A stretch of 64,000 nt of DNA, taken from assembly GCA_902627245.1 (NCBI GenBank), contig CACOIH010000004.1:8041-72040 (forward strand), given 5' to 3'. Each line of letters begins with the position of its first letter. Position 1 is the first letter of the stretch. This document shows positions 1-9,090 of the stretch, piece after piece. The position numbers and the translations under genes are program-made. The notes under the pieces were generated by a model. It ran no database searches, was not told the origin of the DNA, and was given only the letters and a program-made list of their open reading frames with translations. Source of the DNA: an uncultured Alphaproteobacteria bacterium (lineage in GTDB: Bacteria > Pseudomonadota > Alphaproteobacteria > HIMB59 > GCA-002718135).

Positions 1-1
1 G

Positions 2-565
2 GGTTATGGTGAAGGTGGATGGACAAATATATATGGATCTCCAGCTACTTTATCTTCATTTGTTTATAACACTTTAATGGGACTTGCCGGTGGTATGATA
101 GGTGCTTTCTGGTGGAGCAAAGGTAATCCATTCTGGATGATGTCAGGAGGTCTTGCAGGTATATTTATTTGTGCAAGTGGACTTGATATCTGGTATCCAG
201 GTTTTGCTTTCATCTTAGGTGTTTTTGCTGGTTGTGTAATTATTCCAGTAAATAATTGGCTACATAATACATTTAAAATTGATGATTGTGTTGGAGCAGT
301 TACGATCCACGGAGTCTGTGGAGTCTTAGGTGTTCTTGTTGTAGGTATTTTTGCTTCAGGTTATCCTGCAGCTGGAGATATCCCGCCAACTTCTTTTGTA
401 GGGCAATTAGTTGGTTGCATAGTTATGGTCTTAACAGGTTTCTTGCCTGGATATATTATATCTTATGTAATGAATGCAATGGGTTGGCTAAGAGTTCCTG
501 ATTCAGTTCAAGCTGCAGGAATTGATAGTGCTGATTTAAATCTACGTGCTTACGCAGACAAATAA
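2..565 (+). CDS. amt: Ammonium transporter (Amt family), 5'-truncated by the window edge
   Basis: Frame is open from position 2 (GYGEGGWTNIYGSPATLSSF...). Amt C-terminal motifs GGLAG and KIDDCVGAVTIHGVCG, with multiple TM segments. Confidence 0.88.
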   Translation, partial: GYGEGGWTNIYGSPATLSSFVYNTLMGLAGGMIGAFWWSKGNPFWMMSGGLAGIFICASGLDIWYPGFAFILGVFAGCVIIPVNNWLHNTFKIDDCVGAVTIHGVCGVLGVLVVGIFASGYPAAGDIPPTSFVGQLVGCIVMVLTGFLPGYIISYVMNAMGWLRVPDSVQAAGIDSADLNLRAYADK

Positions 566-580
566 AGAAAGGAGTTAACT

Positions 581-754
581 ATGAATTCATGGCCAGGACC
601 AGAAAATAGTTGGGAAGGTGTTGATGCTTATTTTACATGGGCTAATAATGCCGGACTCCTAACTACATTTGTTATTATAGTTGCAGCAATTTGCATTGGT
701 GTAATTTACGCTGCTGCAAGACACGAAAGTGAAATTGCAGATAAGCATAAATAA
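581..754 (+). CDS. Small single-TM hypothetical protein (57 aa), not in ORF track
   Basis: AAGGAG SD at 569-574, ATG 581, TAA 752-754. MNSWPGPENSWEGVDAYFTWANNAGLLTTFVIIVAAICIGVIYAAARHESEIADKHK. Followed by a hairpin. Confidence 0.8.
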   Translation: MNSWPGPENSWEGVDAYFTWANNAGLLTTFVIIVAAICIGVIYAAARHESEIADKHK

Positions 755-764
755 AAATAAATTA

Positions 765-790
765 TTAAGGGCAGATAACTCTGCCCTTAA
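765..790. terminator. Hairpin, probable intrinsic terminator after the amt operon (possibly bidirectional)
   Basis: Perfect 11-bp inverted repeat TTAAGGGCAGA-taac-TCTGCCCTTAA. A-rich on both flanks, so the U-tract is on the minus strand. Confidence 0.6.
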
Positions 791-796
791 AAAATC

Positions 797-964
797 ATGA
801 ACTATTTAATTCTTGAGTCATTTTTCGATAAATTAATATTTTTTTTTATGGAGTATAAAATTATATTTGCCATATTTTGGCTCATAATTCTTGGACTTGT
901 TTTAAAAAGATTATCAAAAAAGGATAATGAATTATTTTTAAAAGATTTTTTTAAAAAAAAATAA
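797..964 (+). CDS. Small hydrophobic hypothetical protein (55 aa), not in ORF track
   Basis: MNYLILESFFDKLIFFFMEYKIIFAIFWLIILGLVLKRLSKKDNELFLKDFFKKK. Fills the gap exactly, with its stop 1 bp from the convergent gene's stop. Confidence 0.45.
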   Translation: MNYLILESFFDKLIFFFMEYKIIFAIFWLIILGLVLKRLSKKDNELFLKDFFKKK

Positions 965-965
965 A

Positions 966-1214
966 TTATTTTTTACTTATTAAAGAAATTAATATTAAAT
1001 AAATAATACTTAACAGACCTCCTGCAATTGAATAAAAAAAAATTACGGTTGCAGAAATAAAAAACATGAAAAAACTATCAATTTTGGAGAAAAAGAAAAA
1101 TGGCTCATTTTGAGTTTGATCAAAAATACAGAGTAAAGAAACAATAAATAAAGATATCAAAAAGGTTCTTTTGTAATATTTGATCCAGTTATCTTCAAAA
1201 ATTCTAAAATTCAT
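966..1214 (-). CDS. Hypothetical membrane protein (2 TM)
   Basis: 82 aa ORF with two hydrophobic stretches; fills the intergenic space. Confidence 0.55.
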   Translation of the reverse strand: MNFRIFEDNWIKYYKRTFLISLFIVSLLCIFDQTQNEPFFFFSKIDSFFMFFISATVIFFYSIAGGLLSIIYLILISLISKK

Positions 1215-1265
1215 AGTTTTTTTATTTTACATGAAATTTAAATTTAATTAATAATTAATTAATAA

Positions 1266-2336
1266 ATGAGTTCACAATTTATTACAATTGAAGAAGGAAA
1301 ATTAAAAGGAACTAAGCTCAATAGTTTATGGCTCCGTGAACGTTTGTCTGGAGAAATCTATGTTGATCAAAATAATATGCAAAGATTATATGAGCCATCT
1401 TTACTAGATGAAGATCTATGTATTAAAGAATTCAGAATAGGTGATAATTTTATATCTATAATTTTTAGTGACGGTGCTGAGGGTAAAATAAGTATTGATG
1501 AAATATATAATGAGATAAACTTTATAGATTGTATCCCACAAAAAAAAATATGGAACAAAAGTGATAAATTACAAGTATTTAACAACAACAAAATACATCA
1601 AGATAAAAATAGCTTAATTGAGATGCTTCGTTCTTTCTATGAATACGGATATGTAATTATTGAAAATACTAAGGCAGAAGAAAATGAAGTCATAAATTTT
1701 GCTGAAAAAATAGGACCAGTTCGCACAACAAATTGGGGTAAATTATTTAATGTGGTATCAAAACCTAATCCAAATGATTTAGCTTATACTGCTCTTGAAT
1801 TAAAATCACATTCTGATAATCCATATAGAAAGCCAGTTCCAGGTATTCAACTTCTGCATTGTATTGCAAATGAATCGACTGGAGGAGACTCTAGTTTGGT
1901 AGACGGGTTTAGTGTTTCTGAATATTTAAAAGAATATTATCATGATTTTTATGAAATTTTAACCCAAACGAATGTTAATTTTAAATTTACTGACGTAGAT
2001 GTAATTTTAGAAAATAAATCTAAACTTATAGAACTTGATAGTGATGGAAATTTCAAACAAATTAGTTTTAGTGGAAGACTTGATTATGTCCCTCTTTTAA
2101 AAGAGGAGAATTTAAAGATGTTCTATAAAGCCAGAAAATGTATGTATGAACTTTGTAATTCTGATCAATTTAAAATTAAATTTAGATTATCTAAAGGAAT
2201 GATTGCTATGTTTGACAATCTTCGCACTTTGCACGGAAGGACAAAATTTGATCCTAATACAGGGTTTCGACATTTACAAGGATGTTATATTGATCATGAT
2301 GCCACTGAAGGTAAATTAAGAAGGTTATTAAAATAA
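1266..2336 (+). CDS. TauD/TfdA family 2-oxoglutarate/Fe(II) dioxygenase, gamma-butyrobetaine hydroxylase-like
   Basis: LAYT...HSDNPY (HxD), QLLHC, GGDSSLVDGF, FDNLRTLHGR and RHLQGCY motifs; N-terminal WLR domain typical of GBBH. Confidence 0.88.
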   Translation: MSSQFITIEEGKLKGTKLNSLWLRERLSGEIYVDQNNMQRLYEPSLLDEDLCIKEFRIGDNFISIIFSDGAEGKISIDEIYNEINFIDCIPQKKIWNKSDKLQVFNNNKIHQDKNSLIEMLRSFYEYGYVIIENTKAEENEVINFAEKIGPVRTTNWGKLFNVVSKPNPNDLAYTALELKSHSDNPYRKPVPGIQLLHCIANESTGGDSSLVDGFSVSEYLKEYYHDFYEILTQTNVNFKFTDVDVILENKSKLIELDSDGNFKQISFSGRLDYVPLLKEENLKMFYKARKCMYELCNSDQFKIKFRLSKGMIAMFDNLRTLHGRTKFDPNTGFRHLQGCYIDHDATEGKLRRLLK

Positions 2337-2337
2337 T

Positions 2338-3405
2338 TTATACCTCAAATATTTTCTCTGCAGGATAATATTGATTAATTTTTTTATACCAATTTGAAAA
2401 TTTATTTTTTTCTATTAGAGAAACAGTAAAGCCCCCAAATCCGCCACCTGTTAATCTTGCCCCTAAAGCTCCACATTGTATAGATCTTTCTACTATTTCA
2501 TCAACATCATTTGTAGATGCTTCAAAATCTTTTGAGTATGAATTATGACTCTCAATCATTAATTTACCAAATTGTTTGATATCATCTTGTAATAAACATT
2601 CTTTGGCTTTCAAAACTCTGTTGTTTTCAGTCACAACATGTCTTGCTCTTTTAATAACTGTCGGACTTGATATTTTATCTGAGTCAAATTTATTTAACTC
2701 AACTCCACCTAAATATTCAACATCAAGTTCTTTTTCAGCTATCTTTAACTCATTAAAACGATCATTGTATGAACTACTTCGTAAATTTCTTTGCACTTCA
2801 GAGTCAATAAGGCAAAATTTCCAATTCGATGGAAAATTTACAAGTTCATATTTTAGATTTAGGCAATCTAAAAAAAATGCTTTTCCATGAATTCCAATAG
2901 AAGATACCATTTGATCCATTATTCCACCTGATACTCCTATATAATCATGTTCAACTTTTTTAGCTAATATTGCAATGTGTTTCTCATCAATTTGAGTATG
3001 AAAATAGGAATTTAGAGCTTTAAGAGTAGAAACACACAATGCAGATGATGATGATATCCCTCTCTCTAGAGGTATTGAAGATGATATGTATACATTTAAG
3101 TGTTCTAATTTTATTTTTTTGTATTCATCAAAATATACAAATAAACAACCTTTTATATAATCAGACCAATCATTGCTCTGAGACTTAATAAAATCATTAA
3201 ATATTTTTTTTTCATTAAAATGCTCAGAAAATACTTCAAATTTACTCTCTTTATTCCTTGATAACTCAATAGTATTTTTAAAACCAAGTAGAGTTGGCAT
3301 TACATAACCCCCAGTGTAATCCGTGTGTTCTCCAATTAAATTTACACGAGCATTAGCACTTTCTTTTACAGCAGCTTTATGATTATATACATTTTCAAAT
3401 CCCAT
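2338..3405 (-). CDS. galK: Galactokinase (GHMP kinase)
   Basis: RVNLIGEHTDY signature, P-x-x-x-GISSSSA ATP motif, GIMDQ, GARLTGGGFGG. Confidence 0.88.
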   Translation of the reverse strand: MGFENVYNHKAAVKESANARVNLIGEHTDYTGGYVMPTLLGFKNTIELSRNKESKFEVFSEHFNEKKIFNDFIKSQSNDWSDYIKGCLFVYFDEYKKIKLEHLNVYISSSIPLERGISSSSALCVSTLKALNSYFHTQIDEKHIAILAKKVEHDYIGVSGGIMDQMVSSIGIHGKAFFLDCLNLKYELVNFPSNWKFCLIDSEVQRNLRSSSYNDRFNELKIAEKELDVEYLGGVELNKFDSDKISSPTVIKRARHVVTENNRVLKAKECLLQDDIKQFGKLMIESHNSYSKDFEASTNDVDEIVERSIQCGALGARLTGGGFGGFTVSLIEKNKFSNWYKKINQYYPAEKIFEV

Positions 3406-3416
3406 AAATTATAAAT

Positions 3417-5273
3417 ATGTTATTTCAGATAAATCCTTCATTTACAAAAAAAAATCAACTTAAATTAAATTTAAGTAAAAATTTAGTTAATCAAAATTTT
3501 AAATTATGTTTTTCTTTGGTTTATTCTATTCAATCTATAGACGGTGCTGAAATTGTAAATCAAACTGGACGCTATTATGAACTTACTATCCAAAAAAATA
3601 CAGTGTTGATTGATTTGCAAATACCTAGAATTGGTTCATATAACATGTCATGTGGTCCAGAGGGTACTTTCATTATAGATGATAAAAATAATTATATTAA
3701 GGTTGAGGTAAGTGATTTAAAATTTGAGAATAAAATTGCAGAAGTTAAGTATGATCAATCTATTGTAGATGATTATATCCCGATTGTTCCTGAACCATCA
3801 AAATGTATATTCAAGAAAGATTTTGTAGAAATAAATGATAAAACTTTCAAGCTAGTAAATGATAATACAATTATTAAAAATATAATTAATTATACTGAAA
3901 TACTAGAATTAACTTTTTCTAACGATAAAGGCTTCCCAATTCATTTTATCGAAAATAATTATATAGAAGATGAGTACTCTCTTAAAATATCAAAAGACAA
4001 AATAGAAATATTTCATAAAAATTATGGTGGCAAGCTATATGGAATTATTTCATTAATTCAATTGATAGATTTTTATAAAAATAAGCTTCCAATTGGCACA
4101 ATACACGATAATCCAAAATATCAATGGAGAGGTATGCATCTCGATTGTGCAAGACAATTCTATACTATTGATGAAATCAAACGTTTGTTTGATTACATGG
4201 CATTATTTAAGCTTAATAGATTTCACTGGCATTTAACAGATAATGAAGCTTGGAGAATTGAAATTAAAAAATATCCAGATCTAGCATTAAATGGAGGATA
4301 CAGAGGATATAATTTTAAAATACCACCATTGTATGGAAGTGGTTATGATAAATATGGAGGATATTACTCTCAGGAAGATATCAAAGATTTAATTATATAT
4401 GCAAAAAAATTAAATATTGAGATTATGCCTGAAATTGATTTACCAGCACATTCTTGGGCATTACTAGAAATTATGCCAGAGCTTAGAGAACAGTCTTCAA
4501 ATATAGTTAGTGAAGATGTTGGTTCATACAAGAATAATACAATTAATCCATCCTTAGAAAAAACTATAACTTTTTTAAAAGATATGTTGACCGAAGTAAG
4601 TTCTATATTCTCATACAGTATAATTCATGTAGGCGTGGATGAAAGACCAAGTAATGCGTGGGAAGGCTCTACAGCAATTATCGAGTTTATGAAAAAAAAC
4701 AATATTAAGACACAAGAAGAATATCAAGATTACTATTTGAATTTTTTAATAGATTTTTTAAAATCAAAAAATAAAAGAACTGCTGCATGGAATGAGGCTG
4801 CAGTGTCACCTCATATTAATCATGGCGTAGGCGGAAGTGCTGGAAAAGTTGATAAAACATGTTTAATCTTTTCATGGGAACATTCAGATGTTGCTAAAGA
4901 AACAACAGACAAAGGATTTGAAACAATACTTTGTCCTGGTCAAAAAACATATTTTGATATGGCTTATAATAATTCAACTGAAGAAAGAGGTATTTGTTGG
5001 GCTGCTACCATAGAAGTAAAAGATATTTATGAATGGAATCCAATTAAAGACATAAAAAAGACAGAGTTCATAAAAGGTTTGCAAGGTCAACTGTGGTCGG
5101 AGACAATTACAGATAAAAAATTTTTTGATCAAATGATTAACCCAAGATTAGCAACTTTATCAGAAGTTGCATGGAAAGGAAAAATTTCTAGAAAATGGAT
5201 AGTATTTCGTTCAGCTCTTTTAAATTCTATGCATTTATTAAAAAAATTAGGCTGGCGATATCACAATTTTTAA
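3417..5273 (+). CDS. Beta-N-acetylhexosaminidase (GH20)
   Basis: WRGMHLDCAR, NRFHWHLTD, PEIDLPAH, catalytic HVGVDE, QGQLWSE, PRLATLSEVAW. Confidence 0.93.
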   Translation: MLFQINPSFTKKNQLKLNLSKNLVNQNFKLCFSLVYSIQSIDGAEIVNQTGRYYELTIQKNTVLIDLQIPRIGSYNMSCGPEGTFIIDDKNNYIKVEVSDLKFENKIAEVKYDQSIVDDYIPIVPEPSKCIFKKDFVEINDKTFKLVNDNTIIKNIINYTEILELTFSNDKGFPIHFIENNYIEDEYSLKISKDKIEIFHKNYGGKLYGIISLIQLIDFYKNKLPIGTIHDNPKYQWRGMHLDCARQFYTIDEIKRLFDYMALFKLNRFHWHLTDNEAWRIEIKKYPDLALNGGYRGYNFKIPPLYGSGYDKYGGYYSQEDIKDLIIYAKKLNIEIMPEIDLPAHSWALLEIMPELREQSSNIVSEDVGSYKNNTINPSLEKTITFLKDMLTEVSSIFSYSIIHVGVDERPSNAWEGSTAIIEFMKKNNIKTQEEYQDYYLNFLIDFLKSKNKRTAAWNEAAVSPHINHGVGGSAGKVDKTCLIFSWEHSDVAKETTDKGFETILCPGQKTYFDMAYNNSTEERGICWAATIEVKDIYEWNPIKDIKKTEFIKGLQGQLWSETITDKKFFDQMINPRLATLSEVAWKGKISRKWIVFRSALLNSMHLLKKLGWRYHNF

Positions 5274-5291
5274 TGTTAAAGTAAGATAAAT

Positions 5292-6437
5292 ATGAAAATA
5301 GGTGCAGTAGGTTTTGGGAGTAGAATAGCAGGTGTTTACAATGAATTTTCTAAAATTAATCCAAATTTTGAAATGGTTGCTTATGTAGATCCTCAGCCAA
5401 TAGGTAAAGAATTTGCTGTGAAAAATAATTTTTTTCCAAATAAATCATATGAAAGTTTAAACGAAATGTTAGATCAAGAAAAACTAGATATGTTAATGAT
5501 TGGGTCTCCTAATCATTTACATTTAGATCACATTAAGCTTGGATTAAGAGCTGGATTACAAATATTTGCTGAAAAACCCATAGTAATAAGTGAACAAGAA
5601 ACTTTTGAGTTAGCAAAACTAATTAAAGAATATGGCAAAGAAAAAATTATCGTTGGTTTAGTGCTAAGATATTCGCAACAAGCAAGATCTGTAAGAAAGT
5701 TGTTAAATCAAAACGCTATAGGTAATATAATATCGATTGAAGCTTCAGAACACATAGTGCCATCCCATGGTGCTTTCTTTATGAGAAATTGGAGAAGAAA
5801 GCAAAAATATTCAGGAGGTTTTATGCTTGAAAAATGTTGCCATGATATTGATTTTTATTCAATGATTACAGCAAGCAGGCCTATTAAAGTTGCTAGTTTT
5901 GGCTCAAGAAGATCTTTTATACCAGATAATCTACCGACAGGTTCTCACGAACAATATACAAAAGACAGACTGAAAGGTTGGGAGTCAAAATCAAATGTTT
6001 TTGATAGCGATGCTGATATTGTCGATCATCAAGTAGCAATAATAGAATACGAAAATAAAGCAGTATTATCTTTTCATACCAATATGAAAGTTCCAGATGA
6101 ATTTAGAAGATTTGCAGTAATAGGGTCTTCAGGAATGATTGAGGGAGATTTTGTCAGAGGATTTATGAAAGCTCATGATGAAAATAATAATGTACTTATT
6201 GACGAAGATTATGGAGCGGCTTTTGGAAAAGAAATAAAAGGTCACTATGGCGCAGATAGCATGATGGCTAAAGATATTAATAATTATTTATTAAAAAATA
6301 ACAAAGAATTACCAGTTGGTGTAATAGAGTGTATGGAGGCAGGAATTGTTGCTATGAAAATAGACGAAGCTAGAAATACTGGTAAAGTAATTGACTTAAC
6401 AAGCACTTGGGATAAATTTGATTCCTTATTAAGTTAG
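5292..6437 (+). CDS. Gfo/Idh/MocA family NAD(P)-dependent oxidoreductase
   Basis: N-terminal VGFG Rossmann motif, SPNHLH, EKP, GGFMLEKCCHDID. Confidence 0.9.
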   Translation: MKIGAVGFGSRIAGVYNEFSKINPNFEMVAYVDPQPIGKEFAVKNNFFPNKSYESLNEMLDQEKLDMLMIGSPNHLHLDHIKLGLRAGLQIFAEKPIVISEQETFELAKLIKEYGKEKIIVGLVLRYSQQARSVRKLLNQNAIGNIISIEASEHIVPSHGAFFMRNWRRKQKYSGGFMLEKCCHDIDFYSMITASRPIKVASFGSRRSFIPDNLPTGSHEQYTKDRLKGWESKSNVFDSDADIVDHQVAIIEYENKAVLSFHTNMKVPDEFRRFAVIGSSGMIEGDFVRGFMKAHDENNNVLIDEDYGAAFGKEIKGHYGADSMMAKDINNYLLKNNKELPVGVIECMEAGIVAMKIDEARNTGKVIDLTSTWDKFDSLLS

Positions 6438-6442
6438 TAATT

Positions 6443-7342
6443 ATGAAACAAAAATTAAAATCATATAATGCCCAAACATATATCGCATATGCACTAATTG
6501 CGCCTGCTGCCATTTATATAATTCTTATTGTTGCTTGGCCATTATTAGAAACAATTAGATTATCTTTCACAAATTCTAGCTTAGCAGGTGAAGATTATGT
6601 TGGTTTAGAAAATTATCAAAAAATGTTTTCTAGTAAAAAATTTAATGGAATAGTTACCAGAACATTTGTTTGGATGTTTTTTTCAGTCTCTTTAAAACTT
6701 ATTATTGGTTTAATTGGAGCTGTTTTACTTAATGCTAATTTAAAAGGAAGATCAATTTTCAGGGTACTTGTAATGCCTCCTTGGGTAGTTCCGATTGCAA
6801 TTGGGATGCTTGGCTGGTTATGGTTATATAACGGTTATTTTGGAATTATTGCAGGTGTAGGTATGCGAACTGGTATATTGGATGGTCCTTTTGGATTTCT
6901 TGCTTACAAACAAAGTGCCTTTATTTCTACAATAATTGCAGATGTATGGGTTGGAACACCAATGGTAACAGTTTTCTTTTTAGCTGCAATGCAGGGCGTT
7001 CCAAGAGATTTATATGAAGCTGCTTATTGTGATGGTGCTTCGAGATGGGATAGATTTTTTAAAATTACATTACCTCAAATCACCCCTGTAATTATTACAA
7101 TGTCATTGTTATCTGCTATTTGGACATTCAACTCATTTGAAATAATCTGGATACTAACTGAAGGTGGACCAAGAGGGGCTACAACTACATTAATTATCGA
7201 TACCTATAAACAAGCATTAGGAAATTATAAATTTGGAAGAGGGGCTGCTAGAGCCGTTGTTGTAATGATTTTATTAATGTTATTTGCAGGTTTTTATCTA
7301 GCTTTACTTGCTAGAATTAATAAGAAAATTTCTCATGAATAA
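6443..7342 (+). CDS. Carbohydrate ABC transporter permease (MalF-like, CUT1)
   Basis: VGLENY motif, EAA loop DLYEAAYCDGASRW, 6 TM. Confidence 0.92.
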   Translation: MKQKLKSYNAQTYIAYALIAPAAIYIILIVAWPLLETIRLSFTNSSLAGEDYVGLENYQKMFSSKKFNGIVTRTFVWMFFSVSLKLIIGLIGAVLLNANLKGRSIFRVLVMPPWVVPIAIGMLGWLWLYNGYFGIIAGVGMRTGILDGPFGFLAYKQSAFISTIIADVWVGTPMVTVFFLAAMQGVPRDLYEAAYCDGASRWDRFFKITLPQITPVIITMSLLSAIWTFNSFEIIWILTEGGPRGATTTLIIDTYKQALGNYKFGRGAARAVVVMILLMLFAGFYLALLARINKKISHE

Positions 7343-8174
7343 ATATAATCCTTTTGAAAAAATATTAATCTATTCAGGCATATTGGTCTTTATGACTTTT
7401 ATTCTTTTACCTTTTATCGAAATGTTTTATGCATCGCTTCGACCTTTAAATCATTTATTTAGATCTCCTTATCAATTTTATTCTGATGATTTATCTTTTT
7501 GGGCTTATCGAGAAATGTGGAATACTGTGCCAATGCTTGGAAGATATATCTTTAATAGTTTTTTTCTGGCTTCTTGCGTTGCAATACTAACTCTTCTCTT
7601 TGTTATTCCTGCAGCTTACGCTTACGCACGTTTTAAATTTCCAGCTAAGAATACTAGCTTATACTTACTTCTGGCAATTAATATGTTTTCTGGTGCAGTA
7701 ATTTTAATACCACTATACAAACTCTTAAGGACTTTAGGTTTATTAAATAGTTATCAATCTATGATTATTCCGGGAGTGGCTTTTCTAATTCCAACATCAA
7801 TATGGTTACTTAAGTCTTACTTTGAAAAAATACCAATAGATCTAGAGGAGGCTGCTTTCGTTGATGGTGCATCAAGAGTACAAATACTTAGGCATATCAT
7901 AGCTCCTTTAAGTACACCTGGATTAGTTGTAGTTGGTATCTATGCTTTCATCGGTGCGTATGCTCAACAGTTTTTATTTGCGATAACTTTCAATCAGAAG
8001 AAAGAATATATGCCAATTCCAACAGGGTTATATGAATTTATAGGATATCAAAGTGTTAAATGGAATGAAATGATGGCAGCTGCATTAGTAGGAATGTTAC
8101 CTGTGTTATTATTATTTATTTTTTTACAAAAATATATTGTAGAGGGACTCACTGCGGGTGCAGTAAAAAACTAA
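7335..8174 (+). CDS. Carbohydrate ABC transporter permease (MalG-like), copy 1
   Basis: EAA loop LEEAAFVDGAS and C-terminal GLTAGAVK. Start moved to ATG 7335, which gives 279 aa, the same length as the adjacent paralog. Confidence 0.92.
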   Translation: MNKYNPFEKILIYSGILVFMTFILLPFIEMFYASLRPLNHLFRSPYQFYSDDLSFWAYREMWNTVPMLGRYIFNSFFLASCVAILTLLFVIPAAYAYARFKFPAKNTSLYLLLAINMFSGAVILIPLYKLLRTLGLLNSYQSMIIPGVAFLIPTSIWLLKSYFEKIPIDLEEAAFVDGASRVQILRHIIAPLSTPGLVVVGIYAFIGAYAQQFLFAITFNQKKEYMPIPTGLYEFIGYQSVKWNEMMAAALVGMLPVLLLFIFLQKYIVEGLTAGAVKN

Positions 8175-8175
8175 A

Positions 8176-9015
8176 TTGGATAAATATAATATATACGAAA
8201 AGATATTATTATATTCAGGAATATTAGTCTTTATGATTTTTATTCTTTTGCCTTTTGTCGAAATGTTTTATGCATCGCTTCGACCTTTAGATCATTTATT
8301 TCGTTCACCATATCAATTTTACTCAGATGATTTATCTTTTTGGGCTTATCGAGAAATGTGGAATACTGTACCTATGCTTCCACGATATATTTTTAACAGT
8401 TTTTTTCTTGCCTCAGTAACTTCAATAATTACTTTGCTTTTTGTAATTCCTGCAGCTTACTCTTACGCGCGTTTTAAATTTCCTTTTAAAAATTCTTCAC
8501 TCTATATTTTATTAGCAATAAATATGTTTTCAGGTGCGGTTTTATTAATTCCTCTTTACAAAGTTTTAAGAACATTTGGTTTGCTAAATACATATCAAGC
8601 CATGATAGTTCCAGGAGTTGCTTTTTTGATCCCAACATCAATATGGTTACTGAAATCTTATTTTGCTAAAATACCAATTGATTTGGAGGAGGCTGCCTTC
8701 GTTGATGGAGCTTCAAGAATTCAAATTTTAAGACATATAATTGCGCCTCTTAGTGCTCCTGGTCTTGTAGTTGTTGGGATATATGCTTTTATAGGATCTT
8801 ATGCTCAGCAGTTTTTATTTGCAATAACTTTTAATCAAAAAAAAGAATACATGCCTATTCCCTCAGGTCTTTATGAATTTATTGGTTACACAACAGTTAA
8901 ATGGAATGAAATGATGGCAGCTTCTCTCGTTGGTATAGCGCCTGTCTTAATTATTTTTCTTTTCCTGCAGAAGTATATTGTTGCTGGATTGACTTCTGGA
9001 GCTGTAAAAAACTAG
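8176..9015 (+). CDS. Carbohydrate ABC transporter permease (MalG-like), copy 2
   Basis: TTG start, 279 aa, colinear with copy 1 (about 37 substitutions by manual count). Confidence 0.92.
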   Translation: MDKYNIYEKILLYSGILVFMIFILLPFVEMFYASLRPLDHLFRSPYQFYSDDLSFWAYREMWNTVPMLPRYIFNSFFLASVTSIITLLFVIPAAYSYARFKFPFKNSSLYILLAINMFSGAVLLIPLYKVLRTFGLLNTYQAMIVPGVAFLIPTSIWLLKSYFAKIPIDLEEAAFVDGASRIQILRHIIAPLSAPGLVVVGIYAFIGSYAQQFLFAITFNQKKEYMPIPSGLYEFIGYTTVKWNEMMAASLVGIAPVLIIFLFLQKYIVAGLTSGAVKN

Positions 9016-9035
9016 AGAAATACTTAAAATCTAAC

Positions 9036-9065
9036 TTGCTTCATAGAGCTAGTTAATGTTACTCT
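9036..9065 (+). promoter_or_regulatory. Possible internal sigma70 promoter for the binding-protein gene
   Basis: TTGCTT-N18-TACTCT with an extended -10 TG, in the largest gap among the transporter genes. Confidence 0.3.
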
Positions 9066-9090
9066 TTCTTATAATTTAAATGGAGGAAAT

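Noticed and set aside
7417-8369. Direct DNA repeats 841 bp apart as a mobile element or CRISPR-like repeat
   Set aside because: Fully explained by the in-frame tandem permease paralogs.
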